This document shows positions 1 to 12,500 of a DNA stretch of 64,000 nucleotides, in pieces. Position 1 is the first letter of the stretch. Every line of letters begins with the position of its first letter. The position numbers and the translations under genes were made by a program. The stretch is from Mantamonas sphyraenae STR306 (lineage: Eukaryota; Protista; CRuMs): the NCBI GenBank assembly GCA_026936335.1, contig JAPMXV010000003.1, positions 186,001-250,000 on the forward strand, read 5' to 3'. Under the pieces are notes generated by a model, which saw nothing but the letters and a program-made list of their open reading frames with translations, had not been told where the DNA came from and searched no databases.

Positions 1-67
1 GGATGCATGTTGTCGTGGCCGGTGCCGGGGCGAGCGGAGGAACAACGCAAACGCGCACACATCAACG

Positions 68-1714
68 ATGAGCAGCAGCGGAAGCAGCAGCAATGGAGGC
101 GTTTTGACCGTCGATAGCAAAACTCTTGTGATGAACAACCTTGGGGCAGCGTTCCGGCGCTTCTTCTTGGACAAAGACACTGCGGATGTGACTCTGCACG
201 TTTTTCAGGAATTGAACGAAAAGGAGGCCTCGAGCAGCAGCAAGAGCACCTCCGCAGTGACATACCCAGTGCACAGGATTGTGCTGGCCGCACAGTCGGA
301 CTATTTTCGAGGGCTATTCTACGACGGGATGCTGGAAAGCGCAGAGAGCGATGTGGAGATCTCTGTGCCGGGCCCCACGTCTGTGTTTGCGGCGTGCCTG
401 ATGCACATGTACACGGGCAAGGTGGCTGAGGATGTGGACGTACAGGAACTGTATTCAATGGCCCAGTTTCTTCAGATGAGCTCGCTGCGGTTGGCGCTGG
501 CGAGCCAGAGCTGCACGGCGTTTCTAAGCACGGCCGTGGCCGACCAGATGGAGGAGGTGATCCCGCATGCAGCACAGGAGGTGGCCAACAAGATGGAAGA
601 GGTGTCCAAGAGTGAGGAGCTGTTCCAGCTGACGGAGGAGGCGTTTGCGGTGTTGTTGTCGCATGACGACGTGGTGTTTGCGCGCAAAGTGGACGAATTG
701 ACGCTGTTCCGTGCGGTGGTGCGATGGGCCCGGTATGTGGTGACGGGGGAGGATATGTTGGAGCAAGGACAAGAGACGAAGCGGGCGGAGGAGGAGAAAG
801 ACCAGGAACGTCAGCCGATGCAGGTGGAGGAGGCAATGCGCAACAGGGCGTCCACAACGGTGGAGATCGCAGACGCAGCAGAGAAGTTGGTGTACCATCT
901 GCGCCTTGGTCTGATCCCTCTGGAGGGTCTTGTGAACGAGGTGGCCTCGAGCGGGGTGGTGCCGTTTGAGCTCCTCGGATACGCAGTTGCACAAAAGGGG
1001 ATGCGCAGCAAGGATCGGGACCTGACCAAGATGATGCATCCTCGCTGGCGCACGTGGCCGCCAGAATCCCTCGACCCGTCGGACCGCTACGGTTGGCTGG
1101 ACGAAACAGATCTGGTGATGCATTTTTCGCCGGCGGAGCAAGAGGTGGAGACGGCGGTTGCAGATTGGTGGAGCCGAGACAGTGCAATTTGTGTGGAGGA
1201 GGAACGAGGCAACATGTTCTTCCACGTGCCAAACGATTCGCCCAGTGTGATGCTGCACATCGATGGCGGCGGCGGCCTGCGCTTCAGGAAGGACTTGCAG
1301 GACGCGTTGGGTGTGAGCTGGACAGTGCTTGTGGTGGATCGATACACGGGTGGCGCTGTTGGACGCACGCTGCAGAGTTCCGAAAACAACTGGCTTCTGG
1401 GTCGCTGGAGCAACAACTTGGGCTGCCACATGGACGGCTGGCTGCAGTACAACCACTGCGAAACAGGCACGGTCAATGTGTCTGTGGTGACAGTGCGCGG
1501 CGGGCAATCTCGCTACTTTGTGGACGGGACCCTGTTGACGGAAAGCGGGAACGGGAACAAACCGCGCACGCGTCTGGCACTGTGTAGCTCGGGCCGCTAC
1601 AACGAGCCAAGTGACTGCGACGTGGGTGACGTGATTGTGTGGAACCGTGTGCTGCACGATGAGGAAGTGGAGCTGATTTCGGAGAAGCTGCTGGAGATGT
1701 ACCGTGGCGCGTAA
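68..1714 (+). CDS. BTB/POZ-BACK domain protein with C-terminal LamG/concanavalin A-like domain
   Basis: Intronless 548 aa ORF. BTB motifs ADVTL...YPVHRIVLAAQSDYFRGLF...MYTGKV; BACK-like FQLTEEAFAVLLSHDDV...DELTLFRAVVRW; C-terminal SDCDVGDVIVWNRVLHDEEV resembles the end of LamG-like domains. Confidence 0.85.
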   Translation: MSSSGSSSNGGVLTVDSKTLVMNNLGAAFRRFFLDKDTADVTLHVFQELNEKEASSSSKSTSAVTYPVHRIVLAAQSDYFRGLFYDGMLESAESDVEISVPGPTSVFAACLMHMYTGKVAEDVDVQELYSMAQFLQMSSLRLALASQSCTAFLSTAVADQMEEVIPHAAQEVANKMEEVSKSEELFQLTEEAFAVLLSHDDVVFARKVDELTLFRAVVRWARYVVTGEDMLEQGQETKRAEEEKDQERQPMQVEEAMRNRASTTVEIADAAEKLVYHLRLGLIPLEGLVNEVASSGVVPFELLGYAVAQKGMRSKDRDLTKMMHPRWRTWPPESLDPSDRYGWLDETDLVMHFSPAEQEVETAVADWWSRDSAICVEEERGNMFFHVPNDSPSVMLHIDGGGGLRFRKDLQDALGVSWTVLVVDRYTGGAVGRTLQSSENNWLLGRWSNNLGCHMDGWLQYNHCETGTVNVSVVTVRGGQSRYFVDGTLLTESGNGNKPRTRLALCSSGRYNEPSDCDVGDVIVWNRVLHDEEVELISEKLLEMYRGA

Positions 1715-1771
1715 ACGGCATGTTTGGATAGAAAAGTGGAAAATTGTGCATTGCTTTGGTGCTTGGCTTGC

Positions 1772-3461
1772 TTAGCCTTCCTTCCAACACCTCTTGCCAA
1801 CATCCAGGTGCTGGAGCTTGCTGATTTCGGAGCAGTCTGCGAATCCGTCGGGAAGGAGGTCCTTCATGTAGGGCTGGATATCCTTAAAGGCGTTGCGCAC
1901 CGTGCAGTGCGTGATACCTGCGACGACGGAGATCTCTTGCTGGGTCTTGCACTTGCCGCTGATGACCGAGACGGCGTAAATGGAGGCGGCGGCGACGGAG
2001 ATGGGACACTTGCCTCCGACGACACCCTCCTCGACGGCGCGTGAGGCCACGTGCTTGGCAGCCTTCATGACTGAGTTGGGCAGATGGAGTTGGTTGCAGA
2101 AGCGGCCCATAAAGTCGTCTGTGCTGATGGATTTGAGGTTTGTGTCGACCATGCGGTTGAGATGTTTAAAGGCGCGGCTCAGCTCCTTTTTGCTGACGCC
2201 AGTGAGGCTGCAGATCTCCTTGATGGAGCGTGCTGTACCTTCTTGCCTGCATGCTGTGTACAGAGCGGCGGCAATGACCGCCCGCTTGGCCTTGTGCCTG
2301 TTGAACCTGGTTTGCTCCTTGTCGGTGAGCTGTTTGTACAAAAGGTTTGCGCGTTGCTTGACCTTGCCCGACACCCCAATGGCTTCAGCCATGACGCTGA
2401 TCTCCTTGAATGCCTCCAGCAGGTGATGGTCTCCACTTTCCCTGGTCGTGTCCGCCATCAGACGCTGCAGCGTTTTCGCATTGGTGCCATCCGAATCGAT
2501 GCCCAACATGAGGCCGCTCTCTTCCAGCAGCTTGTTGGACACGCCGCCCACGCGGCTGGGGTCGTCACTGTGCTTTCCGTCGCCTCCGTCGTCAAAGTTG
2601 CGCCATTCCGCCTTGTCCTCGAGAATTCGCTCACCAATGACGGCTCCGCAGTCGCCGCAGATCAGGTCGCCTGCCTTGTAGTCTGTGGGATGAGTGTGTG
2701 TGCAATGGCGCGCGTCAGTCGTGTGTGTGTGTGTGTGCTGCGTGAAGGCCATCAGGTGCAGATGGCAGTGTGGGAGGGCCGAACGCAGGCAGGGGCCATT
2801 TCCTCTCTGAATTTCCCAGCGCGCACAGGTGTTTCGGAGCCCGGTTTGAGCGCCCGGTGCAAATCTTACCTTCAATAACCTGCGGGTTGGGGTTGTTGCA
2901 ATCGATGCATTCCACGTGGATCTGTGCAAAGGGACGAGCATGCGTGTGTGGACGCGTGAGCGGGCTGTGTCGCGTGCGAGGGCGTTGGGGAGTTTCCGTT
3001 TTCCATCCGAGTCTGAACGAAAACGTCGATTCTTCTTCGCCTACCTTGCGGACGAGCCGAGCTCTGCTCGCACGCTCCTCGTCAATTTCGTCTTGATCAT
3101 CGTCATCATCGTCGTCTTCTTCTTCGTCGTCTTTCTGCTTGCTGCTGCTGCTGCTGTGTTTGCCGTTGTTGTGACTTCTTGCGAGTTGGTGCACGGCGCC
3201 CGCGGCCGCGCCCCGTGCGGCCTTGTCCGAGTTGCCATGGAAGCCAAAGGGTGCAGGCGCACGCTTCGCGTAGCTGCTATGCTCCTGTGTGTGCCCGCCC
3301 TGCACCGAGATGACCGTCTCGGCCTCGGTGGCCGAGCTGTCCTCGCTAGTTTCGCTCGACGCCGGCGACAGGCTACGCCACGACGGCAGCTTGAATGTGG
3401 CTGCCGCCGAGCGCACCAGACTTTGCAGGCACTTGCTCGTCGAGCATGACTTGTCCGTCAT
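1772..3461 (-). CDS. GTF2B: Transcription initiation factor IIB (spliced; 5' end uncertain)
   Basis: Spliced Zn ribbon CIDC...EDYKAGDLICGDCG, B-reader KAEWRNF and two cyclin repeats (AALYTACRQEG..RSIKEI; GKCPISVAAASIY). Phase-compatible GT-AG introns at ~2683-2869 and ~2923-3045. Confidence 0.93.
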
Positions 3462-4114
3462 TCCACACTGGTTCTGGACCTGGACGGAGAATAGAGTTAA
3501 AGTTCTGGCTGGCTTGTTGCGCGCAAGGGACGCGTACTTATACCTTGCCCTCGCAAACTCCAACGGCCTCCTGCGCACGTCACACGCACCCTTGTCGCCT
3601 GATAGCCGTGTCAGAAGAAGGATTCCTGATCTACCTACCGTCTTTTCCTGACGCAGCGCAGTTTGAGGCGCTGGTGGCCGAAGGTGCGGCTCCGCTTCGG
3701 CTGAGTTTTTTCTCCGGCGGCGACTCCCCGGCCCGACAAGGGTGAAGCGCTCGCCTTCTGCGTAGGGTGCCTTGGAATGTGTTTCTGCCATGCATGTGTG
3801 CAGACAACACTTTGCGAGGCCGTATGCATCGCAGAAGGGCGCGTCAACCAGGCCCACCGTTCATCATCCTTCCCCGCGATGGAACTGGACAATGATGATG
3901 ACAATGGCACTGAAATGATGTAGGTGAAAATGTCACTTCAGTGTTTGGGTCTCCCGCACACTCCCTCACGTCCTTCCACCTGTCTCCAGTGTGGCAGCTG
4001 GCTGAAAGCTCTCAGCTTGCCTTGGTCGTTCGTTGTTGCCCCTCGACGGTTTAAAATAGTTGTTTTCGGATGGTGACAGGCTATGCAGCCTGCTTGCAGC
4101 GTTGGTTTGCGCCC

Positions 4115-4221
4115 TTACATGGACTCCTCCAGGAACGAGGCTGCCACCACGTCGCTTGAGCCATTGCTGCTTGTTGCGAGCCCGAGTCCCGTGGCGCCCA
4201 CGTCGACGCTGCTCCCTGTTG

Positions 4222-4252
<31 letters not shown>

Positions 4253-5099
4253 GACGTATGCAAGATCGTCCTCGTTGAGAGTCTGCATGGCCACACGCGA
4301 GCAAACCGACGCCATCACGTTGCGTCCGTTTTCCGCGTTCACAATGAAGCGGTCGGCACAGAACGACTCGATAGAATTCTTCAGGCCGAGCATGGAAGCA
4401 GAGCTGATGCGCACCTCTTGTGTAAACAGCGTCCTGTGTGGTGCAGTGCCGTGTCCGAGCGGGTCAGAAAAATCGCGGAAAGAGGGGCGCCGCACAAATT
4501 TCCCGTGACTCGAAGTTTCCGTCCTCTTCTGCCGTACGAAGCACACCTACCTGCTCTCATTTTCAGGGTCCGGCTCATACGTGCACACCTCCTCCACCTC
4601 CAGATATTCGCCAAACGACACGTTCTTTGTGCGCAGCACCATCTTGCGCTGCTTGGGATCAACCTCCGACTGCTCCTGGAAGTGAGCGTACTTGGAGCCC
4701 ACCCACTGCGTGTGTGCGATGCGTGCGTGTTTTGCCAACACGATGCGGCGTGTGTCAGTTCCCGTGCACCCTTGCTGCGCCTCGGGGGTCGTTTCGGCGG
4801 AAAAAGCGCGCGACGCTGCATGCGTCCCGGCCCAACCTCCGGATAGGCCGCACGCGCGTACAAGCCCGTCTGCACACACGTGACACCCAACATACGCTTT
4901 CCACAAATCCCGGCACTGTCCCTGTAGTTGTCATCAGCCTGTTGGTGTACAGCTTGCCCGTGTCGGCGTCGAACACTCGGTCCGTCACATCGACGTTAAC
5001 AACCTGCGGTGCGTTCGGGTGCGGGTACTTTTGCCACGCCGCACTCGACACAGTCTCCCACTCGTAATCGTACACATGTTGCAGCTGGAAAACACGCAT
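4115..5099 (-). CDS. PRELI/Ups/Slowmo-like mitochondrial lipid transfer protein (3 exons)
   Basis: MRVFQLQHVYDYEWETVSSAAWQKYPHPNAPQVVNVDV..., E.SEVDPKQRKMVLRTKNVSF..LEVEEVCTYEPDPEN and TLFTQE match the PRELI pattern across exons. Confidence 0.9.
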
Positions 5100-5326
5100 T
5101 GTCTGTGGTTGTTCGCAATGAATTGGTTTGTGGTGGATGAATGTGCGCGTTGCCGGCGCTTTGCCCAACAACTGCCCATGCGCCACCTGCCAACATTCGA
5201 CCCTTGCAACGACGTCACGAAACACCCTGCGGTGAAAATGTAAACACAACCAGAGCAGAGCGCACATACACACACACACACACACAGAGAAAATGAACCG
5301 CTTTCATTGCCCCCCGGAGGCACACG

Positions 5327-5877
5327 TCAGGCTCCCAGCCAGCGAAACAGCAGAAAGACCAGGCCAAACACGACCAAAACCACCAAATAAGCCATTTCCT
5401 GCGACACCGCCACTGGTTTGCCTGTACGTGGATCTGGCACGTTGAACAGCACCTTTGTGCTTTTCTTGTCCACAAACCTGCGCACACGCGCACATCCCCG
5501 TCCACGTGTGAGTCTCCATTGCCTCCTCGTGCGTCTGCACACCTCGTGCATGTGGTGCTCTGGCGTTCTGGCACCCAGGATGGATGGCTCGCGCCACGCG
5601 TGCTTCTCCCGTACGACCTCTGCGCACGCACGCACGATAGCCACGCCAACACAGCCACGAACATGCTTTATAGGGCCAACACAAACCACCAATGGGTGGC
5701 ATGCACCAGCAAACACACGCGCTCTGGCGTCTGGAGGTCCTTACGACGTGGCACTGACTCCCCTGCTGCTACCCCGACCACGGCGCACGGCCCCTGCACT
5801 CACTTTTGCCTCACGCGCTCATCCACAACGGGACCTTTGTCCTCCTGCTTCAGCGCCTTTCTCTTTTTGCGGAGCAT
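5327..5877 (-). CDS. Small hypothetical tail-anchored membrane protein (exon structure unresolved)
   Basis: Last exon ends in a hydrophobic helix YLVVLVVFGLVFLLFRWLGA*. Candidate first exon MLRKKRKALKQEDKGPVVDE at 5877; splice phases could not be reconciled. Confidence 0.4.
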
Positions 5878-5937
5878 TCCTGAGCAACGAAATCTTGGAT
5901 GGCCCTGCGCAGAAAGCCCGACCCTCGCCAACAAAAA

Positions 5938-6534
5938 ATGGCTGAAATCGATCTCGTCAAAATTAGCCGCTGGGTCTCGGGCATCTGCGGTGTTGCACTC
6001 GTTGTAGCCGGCGTCCTCGGCGTCTTTTCCTCTTTCGTTGCCTTCAACCTGGCGGTCTTTGTCAATGCCTTCTACATCACCCTCTTCGGTCTCATGACCG
6101 TTGCTGCAGAGCTCCGCAGGCCCGAGCTCCTCTCTCGCTTTGCCTTCCTCTGCACCTTCAACGGACGTGGCATCTTTTACTTCTTGTGCGTTCTCCTCCG
6201 CTCCTGGGCCATTCCCGGCGTTCCCACCGCTCCCTCCATTTCGCCCAGCTCACCTTCCCCCGTCCCTTGGCCCCTTTCCCACAGCATCGGCTCCCTCGGC
6301 ATGTCTGCAGGCACCGGAAACCTGCCCATGCTCATCATTGGCATCCTCATGATGATCAACGGTGTCTTCAACATCATCCTCGGCACCTGCGTTGCAAACA
6401 CGCGCGGGGTCACCGCCGACTCCGGCGCCTCCTCCTCCTCCTCCTCTTCCTACAAGCCGCCTGCCCAGTCTCGACCCTCCAACAGCCAGCCGGCCTCGCA
6501 ACCAGTGCAGCAGGGCACCACGGGCGCCATCTGA
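5938..6534 (+). CDS. COPI-associated (TVP15-like) Golgi membrane protein, one intron ~6187-6283
   Basis: FYITLFGLMTVAAEL...FAFLCTFNGRGIFYFF|IGSL motif with 3-4 TM helices. Confidence 0.85.
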   Translation: MAEIDLVKISRWVSGICGVALVVAGVLGVFSSFVAFNLAVFVNAFYITLFGLMTVAAELRRPELLSRFAFLCTFNGRGIFYFLCVLLRSWAIPGVPTAPSISPSSPSPVPWPLSHSIGSLGMSAGTGNLPMLIIGILMMINGVFNIILGTCVANTRGVTADSGASSSSSSSYKPPAQSRPSNSQPASQPVQQGTTGAI

Positions 6535-6643
6535 AACCACATGCAGTGCGCTTCGCCCCTCGCAGCCCAACGCAAACCGTCCGCGCCACACACCACACAT
6601 GTCCTCCATTCTGGGCGGCAAACCCCTGCCCAACAAGGGCACA

Positions 6644-7133
6644 ATGAAGGACGATCACGTTCGAGGATTTGTATGTTGTTGATACCAGTTCTCTTGCAGT
6701 ATGCCTTTCGTTTTGGCTGCGTGCAGCTGACTCCTGCTGATCACCCCAGATGTTTGCGCCCCCGCAGCGCCACGTTCTTGGATCCAAAGCACGGAAAACC
6801 ATCACCACGGATCCCACTCCCATTCTCGTTCGTGTCAAGCAGCAACAGATCCTCCCCACAAGCAAGAGGAAGACTCCGCGCCAACGCGCCCTGACGCCGG
6901 CCCCGTCCTCCGTCTCCTCTGCCCCAACTTCCGTTTCACCACGTCGGCGCAAGCGCAAGGCACGCAAGATTATCCTCGATGACTCCGAGAAGCGTCAGCG
7001 GGTTGCATTGTCACAGCTTGCCCCTTCATCGTCCAGCAGTGCATCCGCGACCACCACCGCGACCACCACCACCTCCTCCTCCTCCACCACAACTACCACC
7101 ACAACAACCACAACAACCACGTCGTCCTCATGA
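6644..7133 (+). CDS. Small hypothetical basic, Ser/Thr-rich protein (2 exons)
   Basis: MKDDHVRGF|gtatgt...cag|MFAPPQ in phase 0; NLS-like PRRRKRKARK; poly-Thr tail. Confidence 0.45.
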
Positions 7134-7204
7134 TCATTCATCCCATCCAAGCAACAAATCAAACAATGAATCAAGCACATGAAGCTGCTGCATTTCCCCG
7201 AACC

Positions 7205-9277
7205 TCAATCGCTCGAGTCGTCGTTGCTGGCTGTCATGGTGATGCCCTGCATGTTGGTACACCACTCCAAACAGCTGTCCAACATGTTCTCTGGCCTCGA
7301 TCGCTCGTCGATGGCCACTGCAAACGACACCAGCGTGCGGTCGGCGCCTCCGAACCCTTGGTCCTCCTCTGTCACCAGTGCAGACAGCACCACGTCCATG
7401 TGGAAGCTGCCGCGTTCCTTCTGCTCCGTTTCCTCCTCCAGCTTCATCCTCTTTGCGCTGGAACCGTTTGTGTCGTCGTCGCGTTCACCGAAATAGTCCT
7501 TTTCGGGTGAGCCCTTGATACTTCGCGCCAGGAACACAATCGACCCCTCGGCTTCCACGTTGATACGTTCGGCAACGCTGCTCAGCGTGCCGTGCCCCTC
7601 GCCCAGGCGGGCCCACGTTGTCCGGATGTAAAAGTCACGCCCGAGCATGTTCTCTCCACGCGCGTGCTGCACCCCGTAGTACCACTTGCTCCTTGCGCTA
7701 TCTTCCCTTGCGTTCAACTCAGCCACGCTTGTCAACTCATCAAACATGCCTGCGAAAGGCTGCCACTGGCCCTCGTCCCCGTTCAGAAAATCGCAGATCA
7801 CTTCTGGCGCTTGGTCGATGTCCACCTGGCCCTTCAGGACATCCTTCTGCGAGTGGAGCCCTTGAGATACAATCACAGAATCTCCAGAGTGCACCACCTT
7901 CCACGACGCACTGTGATTTCCGCTCAGCGACCCGATCGGCAGCAGAAACCCTGGAAACTCCGTCATGGTCTTTCCCTGGCTTCCGCTCTCGCTTCCCGAC
8001 GAGCTTTCCCCTGAGCTCTTTGGTCGTCCCGACGACGACGACCGCTGCTGCTCTTGCAGCTGCATCTGCAGCTGCATCTGTGCCAGCTTGGCCTGAATCA
8101 GCGACTGCTGAAGTTGTGCCTGAACCTGTTGTTGCAGCTGCAGCATCCTCATCGATCCTTGCTCCCCCTGCGCTCCGCCCATACGCCCTTGCCCTCCCTA
8201 GTGTGGGGTCCGTCATCGATGTCCGTGTGGCCCGTGCGCAAGTCCGGTGAACCGTGTCCTGTGTCAGCCATTTGCGACCTTCCAGCCGAGTCACCGCTCC
8301 CCGTCCTGTCTTCCACAAACACACTTGCATGCAATCCACTGCTTGCACCGCGGCCTGTCCTTGGTGCCACTCGCTGCGTCTGCGCCAACCCTCGTCGCTA
8401 CCACTCCCCATATCGCTTCTTTTGACAACTCACCGTTCCGTCCGCATCTCCTCCGAAACCGCCGTTCATGAACAGCGCATCGAGATTTGAGTTGACACCG
8501 TTGTTACCAAAGTCCAGCGCGAGGTCGTCTGCGTATACACACGTGTAAGCACCCACCCTGGAAAAATCTGCAACCGACGACGCGTCGGAAGGTTTTCACG
8601 TGAGGAAAAAAGGGCCGCATCTCCGAGTTTCGCTTTGGCTCTTGGGCCCTTCTTCCCCAAACTTGCAGACATGGCTCACATGCCACGCGCTCACTCCTCC
8701 GTACGCGTACATGCTCCAGTTGACCCGATCTTCACGTGCACTTCCAATCCCACACGTCAAATTCCCTCTCTGCGTCCACTGTGGAACAAAGCCCGCGAGA
8801 AAACTCCCCGGCCCTCTCCGAACAACTCACCAACGTTGTACGGCGACAGCGCGCCCAGGCCCCCGTCATGGTCGTACGAGCTGCCCACGCTGGGTCGCTC
8901 CCTTTTGTGTCGTGAGTTCCCATCACTCGAGCTTGTTGACGATCCTTCCTTGTTCTGGTTTTTGCGGGGTCTTCCCAGCTTGCGATGCACAGCCGGAACA
9001 CACGTGTCTTCGTGCCCGAGGCGCACACACCTCCTGCACGGCAGTGAGTCGTCACATGCCGCTTTTGCCTTTCGGCAGTTCACACAGGCATTCCGTACAG
9101 CCTTCCTGCCTCCACGCGAGTCTTTGCGACGTTTGCTTGCTGCGTTCAGCCGCCAGGTGCCCAAACATCTCCCCGCGTCAGCCCGCAATCTCCACATGCA
9201 CTTTCCACCCATCGCCACATCCTGCCCAAACCTCTTTCTACACACCCATTCCCACTTTGTGCTGCAAACCTACGCAT
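7205..9277 (-). CDS. Zn(II)2Cys6 binuclear cluster transcription factor with C-terminal START-like domain (4 exons)
   Basis: ACVNCRKAKAACDDSLPCRRCVRLGHEDTC...RKLGRPRK. Phase-consistent introns (~9151-9273, ~8531-8830, ~8198-8433) link it to a Q-rich region and a START-like domain (WKVV, LKGQVDI, RDFYI, FLARSI, ERG). Confidence 0.8.
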
Positions 9278-9519
9278 TTCTGTTGTCGGAGAGTTCACGT
9301 CTTTTCGTTGGCGCGTCTTGCGGAGAAAGTTCCTTTCCATTTTTCCGAAACGACAAAAGTTTCCATCGATCCTCCCCTGCATGCCCAAGACCACGCCAGA
9401 CTCCGTAGTAAAAAGCAAAACACTCCACACAAACCCCGCAAGGCATTTGTTTTGCTCTGCTTCCACTCAGGTCTCTCCTGCGCCGTCCCGAGGTTTCACG
9501 TCCCCGCCCCACGGAAAGT

Positions 9520-12500
9520 TCACTGCCCACCACTCCCCACCGATGACAGGGCAACTTCCTCACGTCCTTTCACACCCTTTCCGCTTTCAGAAATCTCCGT
9601 CAGCATCTCCAACAACAGCGGGGTGCCCTTCCCCACCGCGCTGTCGGTCGCAACCGCGGCTGCATGCACAAGCTGCACCAGCCTCTCTGGAAGCACCTCC
9701 GATTGCTTTGCTGTCAACACATGCACCTCCTTGTTCTCTGATACCTCATGCACACGCTCCACTTCGGCCACCAGCGCCTGCAACTCGCCAACCGACTTTT
9801 TCATCGAAATCGCTTCCACGCGACTGAGAAAGCTCACATGGAACACGGTGGACGCCGCGTCCAACCATTTGCCAAGTTCGGCAACCTTCCGCTCGTCCAA
9901 TGCCAGCAGTCGCTGCCGTTGCCGCAGGCCGACCCTCAGGTCGTCCACCACGAACCACGCACACACCACCAGCACGGAAACTGCAACGGCCACCGTAATC
10001 ACTTCCCATGCATCTGTTCCTCCGCTTGCATCGTCAGTGCTCGTCACAAACACCATCCCGGCCATCAGGAGGAGCAGCGATTCCACAAGCAGAATGCTCT
10101 CCAAGTTGTTGGCCCGCCTCGCTTTGAAAGGGCGCGAGCGTTCATGCATCACACTCGCTCCGCCTAGCACCAACAGACCCAGCAATCCCTGAAGCGTAGG
10201 CAGCGTCGTGGCAAACAATTTGACCGCGACCACAGCCACCTTGCGCAACATCAACAGCGCCTCAAACCAGTAGCACTGCAGCCGGTACTTGCGGTAGATC
10301 GACGAGAACTTTTGTGCAAAGTGAGGGTGCTTGCGTCGTTCTTCCTGCCTTCCATGCCACATGATCACAGCGTAAACTGCAGGGATCCCCAACACAAACA
10401 GCAGGCCAAACACAACTCCCATCCACACCAGTGTCATGTGCCTGCCCTCCCAGCACGTGATGCTGGGGTCGACATCCATCACAGAAACACCCGTACGCAC
10501 CTCGGTGCAGTCAAACACCTCCAGCACTCGCGTGCACAACGGTATGTACAGCAACCCCAGCGTAAACACAACCTCATTCAGCAGCAAACGCAACGTCTCT
10601 TGATCCACAAGCTCACTCTCTGTAAACAGTTTGCTCAAATGGAACCGCGCAAGATCAAACGGAAACGTCCACCGAGACTGGTGCGCTGTTGGTGGCGCAC
10701 AGAACCGCGGATGCGCGTGTCGAAAGCCCTCGCCGTGGTTCATCACCCACGATGCACGCAGAAACTGAACCACAACCCGCAGAATCAGCCCCACACCAAC
10801 GCAAAACGGCAGTGCCATCGTTGTCAGGAAGCGAGCCTCATACGTCCATCCTGTCTGCGTGCACTCGGGCGCGGCCAAATCCAGATTGAAGTTGCTCACG
10901 GAGAACGCATCCAGCACTCGCTGGGCCGCTGTCGGCCATTGCATGCGGTAGCCTGCAAATGTGCTCATCACCTGGAGATGTCCAATCACAAGTGCTAGCA
11001 CCTTGCCCGTGCTTCGCTGCCCAGCACGCACTTGGCGCTTCACAAAGTACAGGAACAGCACAAAGAGAAGCACCATCAGCCCCAACGATGAGCTTGCTGC
11101 TGGATCGCATGCTCGGCAAGTCTCGCCCACACGGTAGAAGCCGTTGCCGCACACGCCACACAGCACGCCCGTGTACCCTTCGGCACATGGGGATCCCTTG
11201 CCACCCAGGCACGCACTTGCCACTGCGCACCGCACAAAGCGCGGGTTCCCGTTCGTCACCGTTGCAAAGTACCCGGGACGGGCTACGGGTGCGCTCAGAA
11301 GCCCATCACAGTTCGCGTTGGCCGGACACTCCAAGCAAGGACGCCCAGCCCTTCCCTGCGGTTCAAAGAAGTTTCGGATGCACTGGCAGTCTGCAAGCGA
11401 TTCAGCCTGGTCCCGGATGGACTCTGTGTTGGTGGGACACACAATCGGTTCCGGCAGCACCTTGAACCGTGCCGATGTGCCTGTAGCTTCGGTGGCCTTT
11501 GGAGAAAAGTGTTGGCCTGCGTCCAGGCTCACTTGCACGAGATACTCGCCTTGCGTGTGGTTTGCTGGCGACTCAAAGACGATTTCCGTTGCGCTCACAC
11601 TTGTCGGCTGAAAAAGGTTTCCCGTGCCCAGCTGCACAACCACGCTCCCTGTGTCGATGAATCCGACACCTCGGATCGTCACTGAGTTGGTCCTTCCGGG
11701 TGGTTTTTGAATCGGCTCCACAGAAGCTACCTGCGGATCCGCGTAGGCGACGACGGACAACCCGGTGTCCACAAAGTCCACGCCGTTGAGTGCAAACCAG
11801 AGAAACAGCGTCTCGGAAGCCCCCGTGGTGCGTATGTACCCTTCGAGAGTGGTCACTGCCACGCTCTGGCCTGAAGACTGCTGTGCAGAGGCAGGCAAAG
11901 CCTGCGAACGCCGACCGTTCGCATCTCGCCACTGCACACGCGGTGTGTCCAGTGGCGGCGCAAACGTGCCTGAGAGCGTTACGGTGGTGCCACCAGACAA
12001 GGGCATGGCAGAAGGGCGAACAGAGGCCATCATGGGTGGTCTAAAGATCCTCACGTAGCGTTTGTCCACCGTCCATGTCTCTCCCCCGTTCGTGCTCACT
12101 TCCACCTCCACATCCACCGATTGCACCGTTGAGGAGCCAAACGACACACGCGAGGTCATGTCTGGCATCGAGATCACAACCGGGAGTGACGTCACGTTCA
12201 GGAAAACGGGCGGATTGGACTTGACCCACACACGCATGGAGTGGGTCACCTCCGATTGCAGCAAGTGGAGGCCTGACACATTGACACGTGTGCCACCGGC
12301 CAGCGGCACTGCAATCGGAGCCACACCATCCACTTGTGGGTTCACAGGACGAAACGGAATTGCACTCACGCTGCTCATCTGTGTTGCACGCAGCTGCCCG
12401 TTCATGGACACGCGCACATCCACAGTTCCCGCAAGAAGCGCGGGCGACACACATGTGATGCGTGTCGACGAGTGGTACACCCCAGGAACAGACACTGACC

